Part shown: positions 18,537 through 28,067 of the stretch, in pieces
How positions within the stretch are numbered: position 1 is the stretch's first letter
How the letters are laid out: each line of letters begins with the position of its first letter
NCBI GenBank assembly: GCA_964345345.1
Contig: CAYFRH010000002.1
Coordinates: 5,758-69,757 of the forward strand
Length of the DNA stretch: 64,000 bases
Origin: an uncultured Puniceicoccaceae bacterium
GTDB taxonomy: Bacteria; Verrucomicrobiota; Verrucomicrobiia; Opitutales; Oceanipulchritudinaceae
Direction of reading: 5' to 3'
The notes under the pieces: generated by a model
What the model was told of the DNA's origin: nothing
Databases searched by the model: none
What the model saw: only the letters and a program-made list of their open reading frames with translations
Position numbers and translations under genes: made by a program

Positions 18537-19523
18537 TCAGTTTCCGGGGAAAGTGTCCACCCGCTCTCGCAGGTCGTCCTCGTAGGCGATGCCGTCTCTG
18601 TAGAGATCCCGCAAATACGAGGCCAATTTTTCGTTGGTGGGACCGTAGGCCTTGTCGTAGAGGGCGTGCTCGAGCGCGCTCAGAAGCGAATCGGCATCCT
18701 GAAAGCGCTTTTCCCTCGCACGCTCGAGGCATCGGCGGACCGCCGTAACCACCCCCGGGTCCAGCTCCGCTCGGGCGGCTGCGAGGTCCGGAAGGGCGAG
18801 GTGACGGATGTTCTCCCTCGATTGCTCCGCTGAGGACGCCGCAAAGGGATTGTGCCCGAGGAGCAACTCCTGCAGCACCACCCCGCAGGAGAAGAGATCC
18901 GCGCGCGCATCCGTAACTTCCATCCGGGCCTGTTCAGGGGAGAGGTAGTCGCTGCGACCAGCCACCACTTCACCTTCCTCGCTGTACATAAGATCGAAGG
19001 CCTTTGCGATGCCGAAGTCGGTCAATTTTACATCACCGGCATGGGAAAGGAGAATATTCCGGGGGCTGACGTCGCGATGGACAAGATGCCGGAAGCGGCC
19101 CTCCCGGTCCCGTTGCGTATGCGCAAAGGCCAGTGCCCGAGCGACCCGGGAAACAATAAAGACCGCCCACTCCGGTGGTACCGACCGCCCCAGCGCGCGA
19201 TGCTGGAGCAGAAACTCCTCGAGATTCCCTCCTTCCACCAGTTCCATCACAATGAAGTATTGCTCATGGCTTTGCCCGAGGTGGTAAATCTGGGCAATAT
19301 TCGTATGGATGAGGTCCGCGACGAGGCGGGCTTCGCCAAGAAAATTATTCCGGAATTCCGGAATACGGGAGTATTCCCGGCGAATTACCTTGATCGCGAC
19401 CCGTTTCCGGAAGTTTTCCTGACCCGTCTGTAAAGCCTCGTAAACACAGCCCATGCCACCCCGGGCAATGGGGCGGACCATTTCGTAACGAACGTGATCG
19501 TCGATGACGGGTGGCCTCTCCAC
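18537..19523 (-). CDS. Hanks-type Ser/Thr protein kinase (kinase domain only)
   Basis: IARGGMGCVY, VAIK, EARLVA.L.HTNI, VMELVEG, HRDVSPRNILL, DFGIAK, YLSPEQ, DLFSCG. No TM or sensor domain. Confidence 0.92.
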   Translation of the reverse strand: MERPPVIDDHVRYEMVRPIARGGMGCVYEALQTGQENFRKRVAIKVIRREYSRIPEFRNNFLGEARLVADLIHTNIAQIYHLGQSHEQYFIVMELVEGGNLEEFLLQHRALGRSVPPEWAVFIVSRVARALAFAHTQRDREGRFRHLVHRDVSPRNILLSHAGDVKLTDFGIAKAFDLMYSEEGEVVAGRSDYLSPEQARMEVTDARADLFSCGVVLQELLLGHNPFAASSAEQSRENIRHLALPDLAAARAELDPGVVTAVRRCLERAREKRFQDADSLLSALEHALYDKAYGPTNEKLASYLRDLYRDGIAYEDDLRERVDTFPGN

Positions 19524-19644
19524 GAACCCGTTTTTTTAGCCGCCCGGCCTGCTTTGCAAGGGAAGTTTTCCTTTTGTGCACGGTTTTTGCTTCACTTCTT
19601 CCGATGAGTTGACAGCCGGGCGCCAGAAGATTCTTGTTGGTCGC

Positions 19645-19962
19645 ATGATTCAATTGACGGAGCGAGCGGTGAAAGCGGTGCGGCGGCTTGCGAAAGAGCG
19701 TGCGGAACCGGGCCAACACCTGCGGGTTTTCATCAAAGCGGGCGGCTGTTCCGGAATGGAGTACGGCATGGGATTTGCCCCTAAAGAGGCGGAGGACCAT
19801 GTGGTGGAACAGGATGGAATGACGGTCCTCATTGATCCGAAGAGTCTTGAGCGGCTGCAAGGTTGCGAAATCGACTTCGATGACGGCCTGGCAGGCAAAG
19901 GTTTCGAGATCCGCAACCCGAACGCGGAGAGCACCTGCGGTTGCGGGAAATCCTTTGCCTGA
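19645..19962 (+). CDS. A-type Fe-S carrier protein (IscA/SufA/ErpA family)
   Basis: IQLTERA, GGCSGMEY, F.IRNPNAESTCGCGKSF. Confidence 0.93.
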   Translation: MIQLTERAVKAVRRLAKERAEPGQHLRVFIKAGGCSGMEYGMGFAPKEAEDHVVEQDGMTVLIDPKSLERLQGCEIDFDDGLAGKGFEIRNPNAESTCGCGKSFA

Positions 19963-19968
19963 GCTGAC

Positions 19969-20829
19969 TCAGGCGGAGGCAAGGGGACCGGAAGAGTTTT
20001 CGACCGGATTCGGCAAAGGCTCGATAACAGGCGCCTCCATCTGGTGGTGGACCTTCTTCAATCGGATCAGGAACTCTTCATACGGAAGAACTTCAAAGGT
20101 TCCATCCTCGTGTTCAACCAATGCGGTGTTGGATTCCACCCAGTCGCCTGCATTCAGGTAGTGGACGGCTCCGATCATCTTATTGTCCGGAGTGTGGATA
20201 TGGCCGCAGATGAACCCGTTGCATCCATGCTTACGGGTTATGTTCTCAACTTGACCCTCGAAACGGCTGATGTAGTTCACAACGGTTTTAGTATGGGCCT
20301 TGATGGCCTTGGAGAGGGAAAAGTAGGGTTTTCCGCGCCATGTCCGGTAACGGTTGTACACCCGGTTGATGCGGAGCAGGCTCTGGTAGCCGATATCACC
20401 GAGGACGGCGATCAACTTGGAATTCTGCGTGACGGCATCGAAGGCATCGCCGTGGATGACCAGGTAACGTCCCTTCGGTGATTCATGAATGTAGCGGTCA
20501 ACGACCTTCAATCCGCCGAAGCGAAGGGGGAGGAATCGATCCAGGATATCATCATGATTACCCCGCAGGTAAATGACTTTGGTTCTGCGCTTGTCGATTT
20601 TTTTGAGGACGAGGCGGAGAAAACGGGTGTGCCGGCGTTCCCAGCCACCGCGTCTTCCGAGAGACCATCCGTCGATGATGTCGCCATTGAGGAGAAGGGT
20701 GTCGCAATCCACATGTTTAAGGAAGTGGTTGACTTTTTCGATTTGGCAATCGGGTGCGCCGAGGTGGACGTCCGAGAGGATAACGGTGCGGAAACGAAGG
20801 ACCGGTTTGCGGGATTTGTTCTTTTTCAT
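19969..20829 (-). CDS. PlcP/LpxH-like metallophosphoesterase (probable phospholipase C PlcP)
   Basis: RTVILSDVHLG, NGDIIDGW, RGNHDD, LVIHGD.FD, ICGHIH, YLNAGDWVESNTALVEHEDGTFE, plus a long amphipathic insert between IHGD and GHIH typical of PlcP. Confidence 0.75.
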   Translation of the reverse strand: MKKNKSRKPVLRFRTVILSDVHLGAPDCQIEKVNHFLKHVDCDTLLLNGDIIDGWSLGRRGGWERRHTRFLRLVLKKIDKRRTKVIYLRGNHDDILDRFLPLRFGGLKVVDRYIHESPKGRYLVIHGDAFDAVTQNSKLIAVLGDIGYQSLLRINRVYNRYRTWRGKPYFSLSKAIKAHTKTVVNYISRFEGQVENITRKHGCNGFICGHIHTPDNKMIGAVHYLNAGDWVESNTALVEHEDGTFEVLPYEEFLIRLKKVHHQMEAPVIEPLPNPVENSSGPLASA

Positions 20830-21971
20830 GGCGAGGAAACGGATTGCGTGGGAAGGAGGCTGAGACACTCCTTGTAATAGCCGTCGATGACCGTTGTCCA
20901 GCCGTGCGGGGCGAGGGTCCGGCGGGCCGATTCACCCATTTCCGCCCAGCGCGAGCGCAGCGAAGCAAGCTCCGTGGCGGCTTCAAGGAAAGCTTTCTCA
21001 TCGTCGTACGGGGCAAGGAGGCCGTTTTCGCGCGGCCGGATGAAGCGTCCCGGGGCAGCGTAGTCGTAGGCGAGCACGGGGAGCCCGCTCGCCATTGCCT
21101 CGGTAACGACATTGCCGAAGGTCTCGGTGACACTGCCGAAAAGAAAGCAATCCGCACTTGCATAGTGGCGGGCAAGGTCTTCTCCCGTCCGCATACCGGC
21201 GAAGTGGATATCCTCACCGGCATCGGCAAGAGACCGCCGTTCGGGCCCGTCCCCGACGAGAACGACGCGGAGGTCGGGAAGCCGTTCCCGCATGCGGCGG
21301 GCGGCTTCGAGTACGAGCCGGAGATTCTTCTCGGGAGCCAGCCTGCCGACGTAGAGCGCCACCGGCGTCTCCTGTCCCGCTCCCCAGCGCAGGCGGAGGT
21401 CATCCTCGCGCCGATGCGGGCCGAAGAGCTCCGTATCGACGCCGCGGGCGAAAAGGCGGAGGTTCCGAAAGCCGTCCTTCTGCAATTTGTGCATAAGATC
21501 CTCCGAGGGAACGAAAGTCCGGCGCGTGCGGTTGTGACAAAACCGCAGCCAGGCGAGCACGCCCCGGGTCAGGAAGCCGTATCCGTAATGGCGTCCGTAG
21601 CTGTGGAAGTTTGTGTGAAAACTGGAGACCACGGTCAGGCCCAGGCGACGGGCCGCGCGTAGGGCGCTCCAACCGAGAGGCCCCTCCGTGGCGACATGCA
21701 GCAAATCCGGCGGATTTCTTCTCCACGCACGCAGAAGAAGACGATAGGCGGGCAGGCCGAAGCGGAGATCGGGATAGCGGGGCAAAGGAAGCCCGCGAAC
21801 GGACCGGAAGCAGTCGGCAAAGGGGCAATCCTCTCCCCGGTCCCGCCGGTAGGGAGCGACGACCTCAATGCTTGCTCCCCGTCCACGCAGGCCCCCGACA
21901 AGACGTTCAAGGGTCATGGAAACGCCGTTGATCTCGGGGGGAAATGTTTCAGTTACCAGCGCGAATTTCAA
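20826..21971 (-). CDS. GT4 glycosyltransferase (Agt-like glycolipid synthase candidate)
   Basis: ALVTETFPPEINGVSMTL, PLPRYPDLRFGLP, LHVATEGPLG, SFHTNF, YVGRLAPEKNL, ETFGNVVTEAMASGLPV. TTG start. Stop overlaps the plcP-like start. Confidence 0.85.
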   Translation of the reverse strand: MKFALVTETFPPEINGVSMTLERLVGGLRGRGASIEVVAPYRRDRGEDCPFADCFRSVRGLPLPRYPDLRFGLPAYRLLLRAWRRNPPDLLHVATEGPLGWSALRAARRLGLTVVSSFHTNFHSYGRHYGYGFLTRGVLAWLRFCHNRTRRTFVPSEDLMHKLQKDGFRNLRLFARGVDTELFGPHRREDDLRLRWGAGQETPVALYVGRLAPEKNLRLVLEAARRMRERLPDLRVVLVGDGPERRSLADAGEDIHFAGMRTGEDLARHYASADCFLFGSVTETFGNVVTEAMASGLPVLAYDYAAPGRFIRPRENGLLAPYDDEKAFLEAATELASLRSRWAEMGESARRTLAPHGWTTVIDGYYKECLSLLPTQSVSSP

Positions 21972-22060
21972 AATCTGTTACCGGCGGAAGAGCCATATGA
22001 AGGTGAAGCCTTGCCATCAGTTTTCCACAACACAGGCTACCAACCTTCTCTTTCCGAAGT

Positions 22061-22087
22061 GTGGCTTTGTTGTTACACTTTGGTCAC
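22061..22087. promoter_or_regulatory. 11-bp-phased GTnAC direct repeat (OmpR/PhoB-type box candidate)
   Basis: GTTAC (22072) and GTCAC (22083) on +. Minus strand reads GTGAC-N6-GTAAC-N6-GCCAC. Lies between divergent agt-like and miaA genes. Confidence 0.3.
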
Positions 22088-22093
22088 GTTGCC

Positions 22094-22987
22094 ATGAAAA
22101 GCGCGCGGATCAAGTTTGTCGTCGGTCCCACCGCTTCGGGAAAAACGGCCTATGCCCTCAAGCTCGCGCGGCGGGAAAAGGCGATCATTCTAAGTTGCGA
22201 CAGTCTTTGCGTATACCGCGGCATGGACATTGGGACGGCTAAACCGACGCCTGCGGAACGGGAGGAGCTTCCGCACTTCGGGTTGGATCTCGTCGATCCT
22301 TCCCAGCCTTATTCGGTCGGTGAGTACGTGCGCTACCGCAACGAGGTGCTTTCCCGTATGCGTGCGCAAGGGAGTCCGGTTGTGGTAGCCGGGGGAAGCG
22401 GTTTCTATCTGAAAAGCTTTTTCTCCGCCGTGACCGACGAGTGGACCTTGCCGAACCCGCTTCGTGCGGAAATCCGGCGGCTGGCGGAGCGCGAAGGGTA
22501 CGAGGGGCTGGCCCGAGCTCTTCGCAGGGAGAATCCTCCGGGAACGCGGTTCGAGGGACTTGACTGGCGCAATCCGCGACGCCTGCAGATGGCGCTGCTC
22601 CGCTGCCGGGCCAGCGGCAAAAGCTATGATCGTTTACGGGAGGAATTTTTGCAGGCTCCCGTTCCTTTGCCGGACTGGGAAAAGGAAGTACTTTATGTGG
22701 AGCGTGCGGACGCGGACTGGGAAGAGGCCAATCAGGCCCGCGTCAGGGGTATGTTGGAGGCCGGTCTCGTCGAGGAAACCCACCGTCTCCGCCAAGCGGG
22801 ATTTGAACAGAATCCAAGCGCTGCCAAGGCAATCGGCTATCGGGAAACTCTCGCCTACCTCGATGGCGGGATCTCGGACCTCGAGGAGCTCACCAGCATG
22901 ATCGCCGTCCATACCCGCCAGTTGCGACGGAAGCAACGTTCATGGTTCCGGCGGCAGATCCCCCTTCACAGCCGTGTGGAAGGGTAG
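22094..22987 (+). CDS. miaA: tRNA dimethylallyltransferase
   Basis: VVGPTASGKT, SCDSLCVYRGMDIGTAKP, AGGSGFYLK, AIGYRE, RQLRRKQRSWFR. Confidence 0.95.
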   Translation: MKSARIKFVVGPTASGKTAYALKLARREKAIILSCDSLCVYRGMDIGTAKPTPAEREELPHFGLDLVDPSQPYSVGEYVRYRNEVLSRMRAQGSPVVVAGGSGFYLKSFFSAVTDEWTLPNPLRAEIRRLAEREGYEGLARALRRENPPGTRFEGLDWRNPRRLQMALLRCRASGKSYDRLREEFLQAPVPLPDWEKEVLYVERADADWEEANQARVRGMLEAGLVEETHRLRQAGFEQNPSAAKAIGYRETLAYLDGGISDLEELTSMIAVHTRQLRRKQRSWFRRQIPLHSRVEG

Positions 22988-23009
22988 CGCGCCCACCATG
23001 ACAGGACCC

Positions 23010-24695
23010 TCAGGGCATTTCCACGGTGCCGCCAAGGACGCTGCCAAGGTTCTGATCCGTCATTTCGCGCAACCGGACCCATCCAAGAGTGTCCCCGATG
23101 GCCGATTGGCGTTGCTGGGTGTAACGGACATATTGCTCCCCGTCGGTATCGATTTCCGGCTCTGTTCGCGAAGCCATGTAAGCAAAGGATCCGCGTTCAT
23201 TGTTGATGACCATATTGGAGATGCGGCCCTCGGAAAGGTGTTGTGCTTCCTCCCAGATTTCGGAGCGACGAAGATCCTGCGGGACTGAGGCACCCTGAAA
23301 GGGCTCCGGATCCTCCACCTCAAGGCCGGCTTCCGCGGCTAGACTGGCGAAGTCCTCGTCAGGGAGGTTGTCCCGGAACTGGGAACGCAGCTCCTGGCCC
23401 TTTGCGGCGAAGAGGCGCCGCTTTTCGCTTTCCCGATACTGCGCCCTGACCTGGTCCCGGACTTCGTCGAAGGACGGCATGCGCGAGGGAGTGGATCCTT
23501 CCGTGACCAGGAGCACGGCCCCGTCGGAAATGCGGGCCACATCGGAAAAATAGCGGTCGGGATTGGTGGAATACATCCACATGGAGGAAAGCAACTCCTG
23601 TGGAACTTCCTCGACGGAAGGCGCGTTCCCGCGCGCAAAGGGTTCGATTTCGCGGGTACGGACGGAAAATTCCTCTATGAGACGCTCGTAATCGGAACTG
23701 CCGAGTTTAATCTTTTCCCTCCACAGCCGGACGCTGAACTGATCACTCTTGCGGGCGGCGATCTCCGAAGCTTCCTCTTCCATCCAGTCTTCCCTGACTT
23801 CTTCGCGGGCCATCGCGAAGGTCACCGGTTCGGGTTCCGTTTCCTCTTCGTCCTCGGTTTCGGCTGTTTTCTCCGGTGCAAGGGCCTCTTCGTAACGCGC
23901 CTTGTTCTGGCTAAAAAAGCGGCGAAGTTCTTCCTCTGAAGGCTCGGAGACATCCTCCTTGTAAGCTGAAGCATTGAACATCAAGGCCGTTACCGGGAGT
24001 CGTTCGGGGATCTCGTAACGGGCCGGGTTCTCTTCAAAAAAGGAACGCAGGTCTTCTTCGGAAATTTCCAGCCCGGGAGAAAAGGCTTTGTAGTCCAGGT
24101 GGGCCAGAACGAGGTCGTACTCCGTTTCGCGGGCAAGGTAATCCTGTTTGATGGCAAAGGGGAGGGTGTAGTCCGGCCCGGAAAGAGCGGTGCGAACTTT
24201 ATGAATGCGGTAGTCCTCCCTGAGGACCCGGCCCATGGTTCGGCGGTCGAAGCGGTCACTGCCTTGCAGAGCCTGAAGGATACGGTTGTAGGTTTCCGAG
24301 GAAAATTCGCCGGTCTGGCGATTCTGGAAGATGGAAATGGATTCGACATACTCCTGCAGTTCTTTCTCCCGCGGGGCGGGAATACCGAGCTGGTTGGCGA
24401 GCCCGAGGGCGGTCAATCGGAGGTAGGCGTAGTCCATGGTCTGCTGCCGGTTGAGCCGCAGTTCCGGATGCAGAATCGCGCTGACTTCCGCGGCTTGGGC
24501 GAGGGCGCGCTGGTCCGCCGGGGAAGAGAGGTCGTAGCCGTAGTATTCAAGCGATTCGCGCTGCCGCGATGAATTGCCACCGAAGAAGCTCTGCGGTCCG
24601 ATGGTGAGGACAAAGGTCACGATAATAACGACCAGCAGCGAGCCGAAGAGCCACTTGTTGTGTTTAAAAAAAAAGTTTTGCAGAGCGGTAATCAT
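23010..24695 (-). CDS. PpiD/SurA-like membrane-anchored periplasmic chaperone
   Basis: MI..LQ.FF.KH.KWLF..LLVVIIVTFVL N-terminal anchor, SurA-N-like helical region, repeated P.F.EVR.QV....R motifs. Confidence 0.7.
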   Translation of the reverse strand: MITALQNFFFKHNKWLFGSLLVVIIVTFVLTIGPQSFFGGNSSRQRESLEYYGYDLSSPADQRALAQAAEVSAILHPELRLNRQQTMDYAYLRLTALGLANQLGIPAPREKELQEYVESISIFQNRQTGEFSSETYNRILQALQGSDRFDRRTMGRVLREDYRIHKVRTALSGPDYTLPFAIKQDYLARETEYDLVLAHLDYKAFSPGLEISEEDLRSFFEENPARYEIPERLPVTALMFNASAYKEDVSEPSEEELRRFFSQNKARYEEALAPEKTAETEDEEETEPEPVTFAMAREEVREDWMEEEASEIAARKSDQFSVRLWREKIKLGSSDYERLIEEFSVRTREIEPFARGNAPSVEEVPQELLSSMWMYSTNPDRYFSDVARISDGAVLLVTEGSTPSRMPSFDEVRDQVRAQYRESEKRRLFAAKGQELRSQFRDNLPDEDFASLAAEAGLEVEDPEPFQGASVPQDLRRSEIWEEAQHLSEGRISNMVINNERGSFAYMASRTEPEIDTDGEQYVRYTQQRQSAIGDTLGWVRLREMTDQNLGSVLGGTVEMP

Positions 24696-24722
24696 GGGCG
24701 GAATGCGGGGATTAAGCGGCGG

Positions 24723-24750
24723 AGGTTAGGGGGGCGGCCCCGACTGTCAA
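24723..24750 (-). promoter_or_regulatory. Candidate sigma70 promoter for ppiD-like gene
   Basis: Minus strand TTGACA-N16-TAACCT, 28 nt upstream of the ATG. Confidence 0.55.
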
Positions 24751-24766
24751 GTGCGGTAAAAAAGGC

Positions 24767-25579
24767 TCAACCTCCCATCAAAAGCGGGGCCAGGTTGCGG
24801 AAAAAGAACAGGCCGACCGCGCCAACGACCCCTACAATAGCCGCGCTCAGGAAAACGCTGAAACGAAGGGTCAGGGTGCAGGTGAAAACGCCGGCCCCGA
24901 AAAGCAGGGAGGCGAAGCTCATCCACAACCCCCTCGGATCGCCATTGGCAAATTGCGCGGCATATAGAAAGCCGAAAAAGCCCGCACCAAGCAGAGCCCG
25001 GAAGCGGATGAAGGGAAAAATTTCCGTCGCATTCAGAAAAAGGAGAAGGGCGAGAAGAAGATCGAGCAGCCCGAGAAACAGAACCGGTTGGCGGAACAAA
25101 CCCATCCATGCGCCCTCTTCCTCCTCAAGAATCGGCTGCAGGAGGTTCCATCCCGGGTAGAGCACGGAGATCGCGCTAACAAGAAGGATGAGGGAAAGAA
25201 CCGGAGTGACGAGGGCGGCGGTTCGCTCGCGCCAATTTGCCGCCACGCGGATGTGACTGGTTTCCTCTGTTTTCCCCTCGGCGGCGGCGAGCAACTTTTC
25301 CACTTCCACAGCGGCGTCGGGGTCCTCACTGGCAAGGCCTTCCTCCTCGTCCTCGTCGGCTGCTTTCTGACGCAGCACAAGCCGTTTTTTCTGGGGATAG
25401 ATGCGCGCAAACAGAGCCTCGTTTGCTTTGATCCGCACCCATGACTCCATCTTTTCGTCGAAGTAAAAGAAATCAGGATTGATTTTCCCGGCCTCGGCAA
25501 GGGTGGAGAGCTTATCAAAATCGTAAGGGCCCCGGGCCGTTTGCTCCTCGGGAGCGCGAATGTAAAACTCCTCAGCCAT
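24767..25579 (-). CDS. GYF_2 (DUF4339)-like domain membrane protein
   Basis: N-terminal FYIR.....RGPYDFDKL..LAEAGKI.PD..YF......W motif, acidic linker, five hydrophobic segments at the C-terminus. Confidence 0.6.
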   Translation of the reverse strand: MAEEFYIRAPEEQTARGPYDFDKLSTLAEAGKINPDFFYFDEKMESWVRIKANEALFARIYPQKKRLVLRQKAADEDEEEGLASEDPDAAVEVEKLLAAAEGKTEETSHIRVAANWRERTAALVTPVLSLILLVSAISVLYPGWNLLQPILEEEEGAWMGLFRQPVLFLGLLDLLLALLLFLNATEIFPFIRFRALLGAGFFGFLYAAQFANGDPRGLWMSFASLLFGAGVFTCTLTLRFSVFLSAAIVGVVGAVGLFFFRNLAPLLMGG

Positions 25580-25627
25580 GGCAGGAAGAAGGATGAGGCA
25601 ATCGAAAGGAGGAGCAATCCACAAATT

Positions 25628-26353
25628 TCACCGAAAGGGGACGCTTTCGGGAAATTGCCCGCGCAAAAAGCTTCGGGCGATCATTTCCCCATTGCGAAGG
25701 CAGCGCAGGAGCCAGCGCACCTGCACGGAGCGCTGTTGCGCGGGGGAGAGGCGGAAATCCACGCTCTCCGCGACAAGGCGGCGCCGCAGCTCCTGCAGAC
25801 AGAGGGCGACACTGACCGACAGATTGAAACTCTGCGTGAATCCGTACATGGGGATGCGGACCAAAAGGTCGGCGGCTTCGAGGACGCCGGCACCGAGGCC
25901 GTCCTCTTCGGTGCCGAAACACAGAGCGAGAGGCTGGTCGAGGGGGATCTCGGGAAGGGGAACGGCGCTTTCCTGCAGAGAGGTCGCGGCGATCCGGTAG
26001 CCCTGCTCTCGGAGGGTCTGCAGGCAGGCGGCGGAATTATTCCGCCCGGGGACGTCATGGCGATGCAGATCCACCCAGCGGGAAGCTCCCATCGTGACTT
26101 CCCGGTTGAGCGTATAGCGGTAGCGGTTTTCCACCACGTGAATGTGCTGTACACCGAAGCATTCGCACGAACGCATGGAGGCGCTGGCGTTGTGCGGCTG
26201 AAAAACATCCTCCAGAACCACCCGTATCCACTCCGTCCGCTCCGGGAGAATGGCGCGCATGCGCGCTTGTTTCTCCTCGGTAACGAACTGGAGAAGATGT
26301 TCGAGAAGGGCTTGCTCCTTCCCGGGGGAGAGAGAGAACAGTTCCTCGTTCAA
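25628..26353 (-). CDS. trmH: SpoU/TrmH-family tRNA 2'-O-methyltransferase
   Basis: [48 protein letters not shown]. Confidence 0.88.
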   Translation of the reverse strand: MNEELFSLSPGKEQALLEHLLQFVTEEKQARMRAILPERTEWIRVVLEDVFQPHNASASMRSCECFGVQHIHVVENRYRYTLNREVTMGASRWVDLHRHDVPGRNNSAACLQTLREQGYRIAATSLQESAVPLPEIPLDQPLALCFGTEEDGLGAGVLEAADLLVRIPMYGFTQSFNLSVSVALCLQELRRRLVAESVDFRLSPAQQRSVQVRWLLRCLRNGEMIARSFLRGQFPESVPFR

Positions 26354-27618
26354 TAGGGAAGCGGATAGGCCGCGCAGAGTTCCCCGGCGATCCGGCCCGC
26401 TTCGGCGATGCGCTCCTCATCCTTGATATCGCCAAGGACGAGATCGATGGCGTCGGCGATGCGGCGGAAGTCCTCCTCATTCATGCCCCGGCTTGTGCAC
26501 GCGGGGGCACCGAGGCGAATTCCGCTTGTCTGGAAGGGACTGCGGGTCTCGCCCGGAACCGTGTTGCGGTTAGTGGTAATGTGAGCTTTGTCCAGGGCTA
26601 CCTGGGCCTGTTTGCCGCTCAGGTCGGGATGGTTTTGGCGAAGGTCGACGAGAATGAGGTGGTTGTCGGTTCCTCCGCTGGTCAGCTTGTATCCCTTTTC
26701 CAGAAAACGCTCAGCCATTGCGGCTATGTTCCGCCGGACCTGTTGCTGGTATTCCCGGAATTCGGGCTTCATGGCCTCGCGGAAACAGAGGGCTTTGGCC
26801 GCCACAACGTGCATCAACGGCCCTCCCTGGCCGCCCGGGAAAATGGCGGAGTTGAGTTTTTTTGCGTATTTTTCTTTCGCGAGGATCAGTCCTCCCCGGG
26901 GACCACGAAGTGTCTTGTGCGTGGTCGTCGTGACAAAATCACAGTGCGGGACCGGGCTGGGATGTTCCCCGGCGGCAACAAGGCCGGCGATGTGGGCGAT
27001 GTCGGCGAGGATGTAGGCGTCGACCTCGCGGGCGATTTCCGCCATCCGTTCGAAGTCGATGATGCGAGGGTAGGCGGAGGCGCCCACGGTGATCATTTTC
27101 GGCCGTTCCTTCCGGGCCTGTTCCGCGAGGGCGTCATAGTCGATACGGCCGGAAGTGGCGTCAACGCCGTAGTTGGCGACGGAATACAGCTTGCCGGAAA
27201 AATTGACGGGACTACCGTGGGTGAGGTGGCCGCCGTCGGAAAGATTCATGGTGAGAATTTTATCGCCCGGGTCGAGGAAGGCCGTGTACACCCCGAAGTT
27301 GGCCTGGCTACCGGCGTGCGGCTGCACGTTGGCATATTCGGCCCCAAAGAGTTCCCTGGCCCGCTCGAGAGCAAGGTTCTCCGCCTTGTCCACCCAGTCG
27401 CAGCCGCCATAGTAGCGCTTGCCCGGATAGCCTTCGGCGTATTTGTTGGTCAGTACACTCCCGGTCAGTTCCATGACTGCGGGCAGGGTAAAGTTTTCGG
27501 AGGCGATCAACTCGAGGTGTGATTGCTGGCGTTGCCGTTCGCCAAGGACGACCTCGTGAAGTTCGGGATCAAGGTCGGCCGTAGCGGCTGGATTCAAGGG
27601 ATGGATGATTTCAGTCAT
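26350..27618 (-). CDS. glyA: Serine hydroxymethyltransferase
   Basis: [76 protein letters not shown]. Confidence 0.97.
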   Translation of the reverse strand: MTEIIHPLNPAATADLDPELHEVVLGERQRQQSHLELIASENFTLPAVMELTGSVLTNKYAEGYPGKRYYGGCDWVDKAENLALERARELFGAEYANVQPHAGSQANFGVYTAFLDPGDKILTMNLSDGGHLTHGSPVNFSGKLYSVANYGVDATSGRIDYDALAEQARKERPKMITVGASAYPRIIDFERMAEIAREVDAYILADIAHIAGLVAAGEHPSPVPHCDFVTTTTHKTLRGPRGGLILAKEKYAKKLNSAIFPGGQGGPLMHVVAAKALCFREAMKPEFREYQQQVRRNIAAMAERFLEKGYKLTSGGTDNHLILVDLRQNHPDLSGKQAQVALDKAHITTNRNTVPGETRSPFQTSGIRLGAPACTSRGMNEEDFRRIADAIDLVLGDIKDEERIAEAGRIAGELCAAYPLPY

Positions 27619-28067
27619 ATGGTAGGATTGTGGTTTTCCCATGCGGAGAACTTGGCGACTCGCCGGGCGTGGCGCCCCTCTTCAAAAGAGGCGGAGAGAA
27701 AAGTATCGATCAACTGCGCGGCTTCATGGGGAGTGGTGTGGAGGCCGCCCATGCAGAGAACGTTGGCGTTGTTATGGCGGCGGCTGAGTCCGGCCTCATC
27801 GATGTAGTGGACGAGGGCGGCGCGGATGCCGGGCTTTTTGTTGGCGGCGATGCTCATGCCAATCCCGGTCGTGCAGCAGAGGATCCCGAGATCGGCTTTT
27901 TCCTCGCGGACATCGCGGCAGACGACATCGACAAAATCGGGATAGTCGACGGAATCGGTAGAGTACGTCCCGTGGTCAAGAGTTTCGTGCTCGGATTCCG
28001 CGAGGTGTTGCAGAACAGCTTCCCGCAGGTGGTACGCTCCGTGGTCGGCGCCAAGGCTGATTTTCAT
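27615..28067 (-). CDS. rpiB: Ribose-5-phosphate isomerase B
   Basis: [59 protein letters not shown]. Confidence 0.95.
   Translation of the reverse strand: MKISLGADHGAYHLREAVLQHLAESEHETLDHGTYSTDSVDYPDFVDVVCRDVREEKADLGILCCTTGIGMSIAANKKPGIRAALVHYIDEAGLSRRHNNANVLCMGGLHTTPHEAAQLIDTFLSASFEEGRHARRVAKFSAWENHNPTI

Noticed and set aside
19969-20829. Assignment as lipid A enzyme LpxH
   Set aside because: Its length, the internal amphipathic insert, the GDWVES motif and coupling to a GT4 gene fit PlcP better, and there are no lpx genes nearby. Not fully excluded without a phylogeny.
22021-22029. DnaA box TTTTCCACA, suggesting oriC given parB and gyrBA in the window
   Set aside because: It is a single box with no cluster, no DUE and no dnaA/dnaN nearby. 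The gyrB upstream region shows no boxes.
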